From: Candidatus Multivoradales bacterium
GTDB taxonomy: Bacteria > Acidobacteriota > Thermoanaerobaculia > Multivoradales > J023
Length of the DNA: 64,000 nucleotides
Assembly (NCBI GenBank): GCA_965248925.1
Contig: CBDFLE010000006.1
Coordinates: forward strand, 1,792,001-1,856,000
Reading direction: 5' to 3'
The notes under the pieces are model-generated. The model was not told where the DNA came from. It saw only the letters and a list, made by a program, of their open reading frames with translations, and searched no databases. Within the stretch, counting starts at the first letter, position 1, and every line of letters starts with the position of its first letter. Below are positions 58,391 to 64,000 of this stretch, in pieces. The translations under genes were made by a program, and so were the position numbers.

Positions 58391-59494
58391 TCAACGCTGA
58401 CGGTGGATTTTCCAGCGGTCGACCACCCGGTCACCGCGCACCACAGTGTAGTGGTCGAAGCAAGCTACCGCCAGGCAAGAATGGTTGGGCTGAATCCGCA
58501 CCCGGCTGCCAACCGGCAAGGGGCGGTCGACGATACCGTGCTCCTGCGACAACCCACTCAACCGTGCTGACGACAACTCTGGTGCTTCTGCTGCGCTGCC
58601 AAGCGAATAGTTGGCGTAGAGCGCACCGAAGGTCGGTGGCTCGTCCGGCCCTGGGTCTTTCGACAGCGCCAAGGCGCCTGCATCGACCACGGAGTGGCTA
58701 GCGTCTGGCTGGCAGGAAACCACGCTGGCAAGCACGGTGAGGGCACAATCGGCCACCGCGCAGGAACCCATGGCAATTTGGCTGTAGTCGAAAAAAACAT
58801 AGTTGCCGGGCCGGGCTTCGTCGATCCCCTGAAGATCTTCACAAGCGGTCATCCCTGGAGTAGAGCCGATGCTCACCGCCGGCACCGCGATACCCGCGGC
58901 GCGCAACTTCGCGGCCAGCTCCACCATCACCCGCCGCTCCTCGGCTGCTACCGTGGGCCGGTCGTCGCTGTAGGCGTGGCCACCATGAGTCAATAGGCCG
59001 TCGAAGCGCAGCGATGGCGAGTTGGACAATCGCTGAGCAAACGCGACGGCATGCTCGGAACGGGGATCGACACCGGCACGGCCGTAGCCACAGTCGACTT
59101 TCAACCAGACATGAAACGGGAAATCACACTCCTCGAGAGCAGCGATCGCCTGCGGACTGTCGACCAGCAGTCGCAGCTTGACCCAGCCCGCTAGCTCGCG
59201 GACTTCATCGAGCCGATTGAGGATCACCGGTAAGGCCCAGGTCAGGTCGTCGTAGCCCGCCGCCGCCATCGCCGCCGCTTCTTCGAGGGTCGAAACGGTC
59301 AAACCCTGAGCACCGGCGGCGATCTGCATTCCGGCGATTTGCACCGACTTATGGGTCTTCACATGCGGCCGCAGAACCACCCCGAGCCTGGCGGCATGGC
59401 TTGCCATACACTCGATATTGCTCTGCAGACGGTCCAGATCGAGCACCAAGGCCGGGGTGGGAAGTTTTAGGAGCGAAAGTTGAACACTCGGCAT
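58391..59494 (-). CDS. DSD1-family PLP-dependent enzyme (D-serine dehydratase/D-threonine aldolase-like)
   Basis: TPAL.LD; LRPHVKTHK; R.GV; GSTP; E.RPGNY.F.D; SQEHG; PNHSC. Confidence 0.88.
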   Translation of the reverse strand: MPSVQLSLLKLPTPALVLDLDRLQSNIECMASHAARLGVVLRPHVKTHKSVQIAGMQIAAGAQGLTVSTLEEAAAMAAAGYDDLTWALPVILNRLDEVRELAGWVKLRLLVDSPQAIAALEECDFPFHVWLKVDCGYGRAGVDPRSEHAVAFAQRLSNSPSLRFDGLLTHGGHAYSDDRPTVAAEERRVMVELAAKLRAAGIAVPAVSIGSTPGMTACEDLQGIDEARPGNYVFFDYSQIAMGSCAVADCALTVLASVVSCQPDASHSVVDAGALALSKDPGPDEPPTFGALYANYSLGSAAEAPELSSARLSGLSQEHGIVDRPLPVGSRVRIQPNHSCLAVACFDHYTVVRGDRVVDRWKIHRQR

Positions 59495-59597
59495 CGCTCC
59501 ATCCTGACCTAGGCGAGACTTTTGTTCTAGCCCGCGCTTGCGGTGCCAAGAAACCATTAAGAGAGGCTGGTATGCTGCTCCGCCGCCGAAATTCGTC

Positions 59598-60755
59598 ATG
59601 ATCTCCCCATCGATCCAACTCCCCGAAACCCTCCGCCTGCTACGCCAGGGTATCGACGAGGGCCTCCATCTCGGTGGCCAGCTCTATGTCTCTCTAGCCG
59701 ATGGGCGTTGTCAGACCCAGGTTTTCGGCGAACACCAACCCGGTCAGTCGATGACCGCCGACACACTGATGATCTGGCTGTCGGCGTCGAAACCGATCGC
59801 CGCGGTGGCGCTGGCCCAGCTATGGGAGGCCGGCCTGTTACAGCTTGACGATCCGCTGGTGCGCTATCTGCCGGAATTCTCCGTTTATGGCAAAGAGCGC
59901 ATCACCCTGCGCCAAGTGCTGACCCACACCGCTGGCATTCGCATGCTGACCACCGGCTGGCCGGAGGCCAGTTGGGACGAGATTATTGCCACCATCTGCG
60001 CCCGCCGCCCCGAGCCCCGCTGGACTCCAGGCGAGAAAGCCGGCTACCACCTGAGCTCGAGTTGGTTCCTGCTCGGTGAGGTGATCCACCGCATCGATGG
60101 CCGCAGCTTCAGCGACTATGTACGCCAGGAGATCTTCGAGCCCTTGGGCATGATGGACTGCTGGATCGGCATGCCGGAGCAGCGCTTCACTGGCTATGAC
60201 GAGCGCATCGGCCGTACCTACGGCACGGAAAATGGCCAACGGCTGGAGCGACGCTGGCATAACCAGGCCAATGTCACCGGTTGCTCGCCGGGAGGCAACG
60301 GCTACGGCCCGCTGGCCGAGCTGGGCCGCTTCTACGAGCTGCTGCTCGGCCGCGACGGCTCACCACCCGGCACCTTCGAGGGCCGCCAGCTAGTTTCGCC
60401 GCAGACCGTCGAGGCGCTGACGACACCGCAGCGGGTCGGTATGATCGACCACACTTTCAAACACCGGATCGATTGGGGCCTGGGCTTTATCGTCAACTCT
60501 GAGCATTACGCCGTCGACACCGTTCCCTATGGCTACGGGGCACACGCCTCACGGCGCACCTTTGGCCACAGCGGCTTTCAGTCATCGACTGCTTTTGCCG
60601 ATCCGCGGTGGGGATTGGTGGTGGCCTTGGCGGTCAATGGCAACCCGGGCGAAGTGGCGCACACGCTGCGTTTTCGCCGACTTACCGAATCGATCTACGA
60701 AGACCTGGGGCTGGCGCCGAGCGACTCGGCGTCCAGCGTGGAGACAGCCAAATGA
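59598..60755 (+). CDS. Serine hydrolase, beta-lactamase/EstB family
   Basis: SxxK (SASK), IT.RQ.LTHT.G, PG...GYH, FGHSG. Confidence 0.88.
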   Translation: MISPSIQLPETLRLLRQGIDEGLHLGGQLYVSLADGRCQTQVFGEHQPGQSMTADTLMIWLSASKPIAAVALAQLWEAGLLQLDDPLVRYLPEFSVYGKERITLRQVLTHTAGIRMLTTGWPEASWDEIIATICARRPEPRWTPGEKAGYHLSSSWFLLGEVIHRIDGRSFSDYVRQEIFEPLGMMDCWIGMPEQRFTGYDERIGRTYGTENGQRLERRWHNQANVTGCSPGGNGYGPLAELGRFYELLLGRDGSPPGTFEGRQLVSPQTVEALTTPQRVGMIDHTFKHRIDWGLGFIVNSEHYAVDTVPYGYGAHASRRTFGHSGFQSSTAFADPRWGLVVALAVNGNPGEVAHTLRFRRLTESIYEDLGLAPSDSASSVETAK

Positions 60756-61684
60756 TTCCCTTCTTGCTGATCCTCGTCGGCGTTACCCTGCTGTACTTCG
60801 GCGGCGAGCTGCTGGTCAATCACGCCAGCAACCTGGCTCAACGGCTCGGCGTCAGCCAGATGGTCATCGGCCTGACCGTGGTGTCTTTCACCACCTCGAG
60901 CCCGGAACTCGCCGCCACCCTATCGGCCGCCTTCAAGGGTGTGCCGGAAATGGCCATCGGCAATGCCTTTGGCTCCAACATCGCCAACATTGGTTTGATC
61001 CTGGGTTTCTCGGTGCTGCTCTATCCGGTGCTGGTGAGCTGGCCGTCGGTGCGCCGCCAGGCGGTTTTCATGGTATTGGTGACGATCTTCATCTACCCGC
61101 TGATGCGCGGTGGCCTGCTCGACCGGTTCGAGGGAATTCTGCTGTTGGTGCTGCTGGCCGTCTTCCTCTACGTACTGATCAAATCACCGGCGCCGCAAGA
61201 CTCGCCGGATGAAGCCGACCCTGTAGGTGAGCCGACGCCACTTTGGCGGTCGGTGGGCGGGGTGATGTTCGGCCTCGGCCTGCTGGTGGTTGGCGCCCAG
61301 CTGATGGTCAGCGGCGCGGTCGACATCGCTACCGCCTTTGGTATTTCGGAGCGAGTCATCGGGCTCACCGTGGTAGCCCTCGGCACCAGCCTGCCGGAGC
61401 TTGCCGCCTGCCTGACAGCGGCTCGCAAGCAGCAGTACGACATCGTGCTCGGCAACGTCGTCGGCTCGAATATCTTCAACCTGCTGTGCATTCTCGGCAC
61501 CACCTCATTAGTCCGACCGCTGCAAGTACCAGCCGAGGCAATGCGGTTGGACTTCTGGCTGATGCTCGGCCTGAGCATTCTGATGGTGGTGATGATGCGC
61601 ACCCAACGCCATCTGGTGCGCTGGGAGGGTGGGGTGCTGCTGACCGTCTATATTGGCTACGTGGTCTATCTCTTCGGAGCTTGA
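60752..61684 (+). CDS. Calcium/sodium antiporter (YrbG-like)
   Basis: Two alpha repeats TSSPEL..GN..GSNIAN and GTSLPEL..GNVVGSNIFN. Confidence 0.92.
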   Translation: MIPFLLILVGVTLLYFGGELLVNHASNLAQRLGVSQMVIGLTVVSFTTSSPELAATLSAAFKGVPEMAIGNAFGSNIANIGLILGFSVLLYPVLVSWPSVRRQAVFMVLVTIFIYPLMRGGLLDRFEGILLLVLLAVFLYVLIKSPAPQDSPDEADPVGEPTPLWRSVGGVMFGLGLLVVGAQLMVSGAVDIATAFGISERVIGLTVVALGTSLPELAACLTAARKQQYDIVLGNVVGSNIFNLLCILGTTSLVRPLQVPAEAMRLDFWLMLGLSILMVVMMRTQRHLVRWEGGVLLTVYIGYVVYLFGA

Positions 61685-61693
61685 GTCGACCTG

Positions 61694-62479
61694 CTAATCG
61701 CTCAAATCCATGCCCATGATGTGGAAGCCGCTGTCAACGTAGACCGTCTCGCCGGTGATGCCCGAAGCCATCGGCGAGAGCAGGAAAAGGCCCAAGTTGC
61801 CCACTTCCTCGTGGGTGATGTTGCGACCCAGGGGCGCTGCGGCGCCGACTCGCTTGAACATCTTGGTGAAGCCCGGAATGCTGCGCGCCGCCACCGTCCG
61901 GACCGGGCCAGCTGAGACCGCGTTGACCCGCAAACCCTTGGCTCCCAGATCGTAGGCCAAGTAGCGAACACTGGCCTCGAGAGTGCTCTTGGCGACTCCC
62001 ATGACGTTGTACTTGGGCACTACCTTCTCGGCCGCGTAGTACGACAGGGTGATCATCGAACCACCTTCGGCCAGCCACGGCTCGGCGTGGCGCGCCACCG
62101 CCACCAAGGAGTAGGCCGACACCTCGAGCGCCGTCAGCCAATCGGCGCGGGTGGTCTCGACATAGCGTCCGTCCATTGCTGCCCGCGGTGCGAAAGCGAT
62201 CGAGTGGACGATGTAGTCGATACCGCCCCAGGCCTCGCCGAGGTCGGTGAACAGCCCGCCTAGCTCTTGTTCGTCGGTCACGTCTACCTGATAGAGCCGC
62301 ACTCCGGGAATGCCGGCGGTGAGCTTCTCCGCCTCGCCACGCAGGCGCTCGCCCTGGTAGCTGAAGGCCATCTCGCAACCCGCCTGGTGCAACTTGTCGG
62401 CAATCGCCCAGCCGATGCTGCGAGCATTGGTAATGCCCATAACCAAGGCACGCTTCCCCTGCAAATCGATGTGTAGCAT
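61694..62479 (-). CDS. fabI: Enoyl-ACP reductase
   Basis: G..N.RSI.W.IA; VHSIAFA; YNVMGVAK..LE.SVRYLA; SAGP.RT. Confidence 0.95.
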   Translation of the reverse strand: MLHIDLQGKRALVMGITNARSIGWAIADKLHQAGCEMAFSYQGERLRGEAEKLTAGIPGVRLYQVDVTDEQELGGLFTDLGEAWGGIDYIVHSIAFAPRAAMDGRYVETTRADWLTALEVSAYSLVAVARHAEPWLAEGGSMITLSYYAAEKVVPKYNVMGVAKSTLEASVRYLAYDLGAKGLRVNAVSAGPVRTVAARSIPGFTKMFKRVGAAAPLGRNITHEEVGNLGLFLLSPMASGITGETVYVDSGFHIMGMDLSD

Positions 62480-62574
62480 GGGCGTATCCTAACCGTATTC
62501 GCCAGCGCTGGGAACCAGGGCCGCGGCGCCACGTAGGGCTCGGGACGGGGAATTGGCCGCCTGCGAAGAGTTAG

Positions 62575-63498
62575 CTACAGACAGCCGCGGTAAAAGCGCC
62601 CTATCGCTCGGTAGTAACGCAACGGCCGGTGTCGATGCACATCGTTGTGCCCAGCCTGGGGAACCGCCAGCCACTGCTTGGGTTCGACCGCCGCGGCGAA
62701 CAACTGCTCGCCCATCGAGAACGGCACAGTGCCGTCGGCGGTACCGTGGATAAACAGCTTGGGCAGGGCTAGCCGCGGCACCTTCTCAATACTGCGAAAG
62801 GCATTGCGCGCCAACCAGCGGACCGGCGAAGAGGGATGGAAATGATGCGCCATGGAGCGCACATCGGTAAAGCTCGACTGCACCACCAGGCCGGCTACCG
62901 GCCGATGCAGGGCGCCATCGATGGCCACCGCCCCACCCATTGAGTGACCAAACAGCAGGGTGCGAGAAGGGGCCTTGCCCAGCTCACCGGTGACGTAGTC
63001 GACCGCCGCCCGCACGTCGGCACACACCCCATCTTCAGTCGGCCGGCCAGCACTGCGGCCGTAGCCACGGTAGTCGAAGGTGAAGATGTTGATCTTCAGC
63101 CGACGCAGCTCGAGGTAGATCGCCAGCCGATCTGCGATGCTGCCGGCATTGCCATGGCAGTAAACCACCGTCGCCCGCGCCTTCTCGTGCTCGATCCACC
63201 AGCCGTGCAGGGCGACTCCATCCTCGCTCTCGAACCAAATGTCGCGATAGGGCAGGCCATAGGTGCTGGGCTCCCAAATGCCGGTGGGATAGCGGCTGGG
63301 AACAAACATCTGCCGCTGTTGAAAACGGCTACGAATGAACTCGAGGCCAGCCACCGCGCCGGCCACCGCCGCCCCGCCTAGCGCATAGCGCAGCGAACGC
63401 CGCAGATCCCAAGACGCGGTTTCGCACGCAGACCGGGGCGCGGCGCATAGTTCCTCTGGCAGGGCCGAGGAAAGGGCAGTCTCGACCTCAGTGGCCAT
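62575..63498 (-). CDS. Alpha/beta hydrolase
   Basis: HGNAG, DYRGYGRS.G, GHSMGG nucleophile elbow, HG..D..VP, GHND. Confidence 0.88.
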   Translation of the reverse strand: MATEVETALSSALPEELCAAPRSACETASWDLRRSLRYALGGAAVAGAVAGLEFIRSRFQQRQMFVPSRYPTGIWEPSTYGLPYRDIWFESEDGVALHGWWIEHEKARATVVYCHGNAGSIADRLAIYLELRRLKINIFTFDYRGYGRSAGRPTEDGVCADVRAAVDYVTGELGKAPSRTLLFGHSMGGAVAIDGALHRPVAGLVVQSSFTDVRSMAHHFHPSSPVRWLARNAFRSIEKVPRLALPKLFIHGTADGTVPFSMGEQLFAAAVEPKQWLAVPQAGHNDVHRHRPLRYYRAIGRFYRGCL

Positions 63499-63535
63499 AG
63501 CAGCAAGAACCCATGGCTCGCCGGCAAAATTCCGC

Positions 63536-63913
63536 TCAGCTGCCCTGCGGACGGTAAGTAGCCGAACAATCTGGCCCCTCCCAGACGGTCACAGCGGCCA
63601 CCCCGGCCGCCGGCAGACGAGTCGCCAACTGCTGGTGAAACCAACGCGCCAGGTGCTCAGTGGTGGGGCTGAGCCGATCGAAAGGGGGTACCGTATTGAT
63701 GTCGCAATGGTGAAAACCCGCCGCCAGATCACCCAGGGCCGCCTTGGCCTCGACGAAGTCAAACGCCATGCCCTCCTCATCGAGCTGCTCCGCTTCTAGC
63801 AACAATTCGACTCGCCAACTGTGACCATGCACCGGCTCCGGCGCGCCCCGGTAGGAGCGCAAATGATGAGCCGCCTCGAAACGTTCGCATATCCTCAACA
63901 CAAACTGCGCCAT
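63536..63913 (-). CDS. 6-pyruvoyl-tetrahydropterin synthase/QueD family protein (PTPS-III-type motif)
   Basis: F.AAH.L; EPVHGHSW (Glu, no Cys); DF; PT.E.LA; V.VWE. Confidence 0.85.
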   Translation of the reverse strand: MAQFVLRICERFEAAHHLRSYRGAPEPVHGHSWRVELLLEAEQLDEEGMAFDFVEAKAALGDLAAGFHHCDINTVPPFDRLSPTTEHLARWFHQQLATRLPAAGVAAVTVWEGPDCSATYRPQGS

Positions 63914-64000
63914 GGTTCGACCTCTATGTATAGAGAGTGCGGATGGCAACGGTACCGGCGGAGAATCACCTTGTTTCTCGCGGTAAACTCGCACAGCCAA

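Noticed and set aside
54800-58400. Complete DGR cassette (template repeat, RT, Avd) in the window
   Set aside because: No second copy of the putative VR, no AAC-rich template and no reverse transcriptase ORF seen; only a target-like gene is supported
63914-64000. preQ1 riboswitch upstream of the queD-like gene
   Set aside because: No recognisable preQ1 stem or A-rich tail in the available 87 nt, and the protein motif points to PTPS-III

Overview
GC-rich bacterial chromosome window, most likely Acidobacteriota (acidobacterial-type VWA proteins, an Oar-like TonB-dependent receptor, a Cys-rich insertion in RpoB); the taxon is inferred from gene content only. The centre (13.7-52.9 kb, all minus strand) is one continuous information-processing supercluster: rplM-rpsI-rpsB-tsf-pyrH-frr-rlmB, four tRNAs, tuf, tRNA-Trp, secE-nusG-rplKAJL-rpoBC, str, S10, spc and alpha operons. 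rpsN (S14) and rpmG (L33) are missing from their usual positions. The left flank has a VWA/TPR operon, a DUF433/DUF5615 toxin-antitoxin pair, a CRTAC1+TPR pair, a TonB-dependent receptor and an IS110 remnant. The right flank has folD-coaE, a small accessory islet and metabolic genes (DSD1-like, serine hydrolase, Ca/Na antiporter, fabI, hydrolase, PTPS-III-type queD homologue). The best candidate for something new is the islet gene at 54962-57253: an Mrr-like nuclease + Ser/Thr kinase + FGE/C-lectin fusion whose 3' end looks like the variable region of a diversity-generating retroelement (DGR), followed by four GGA-triloop hairpins. No template repeat or reverse transcriptase is seen in the window, so it would be a remote (trans) DGR target. 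All calls come from motif recognition by eye; no database searches were run.
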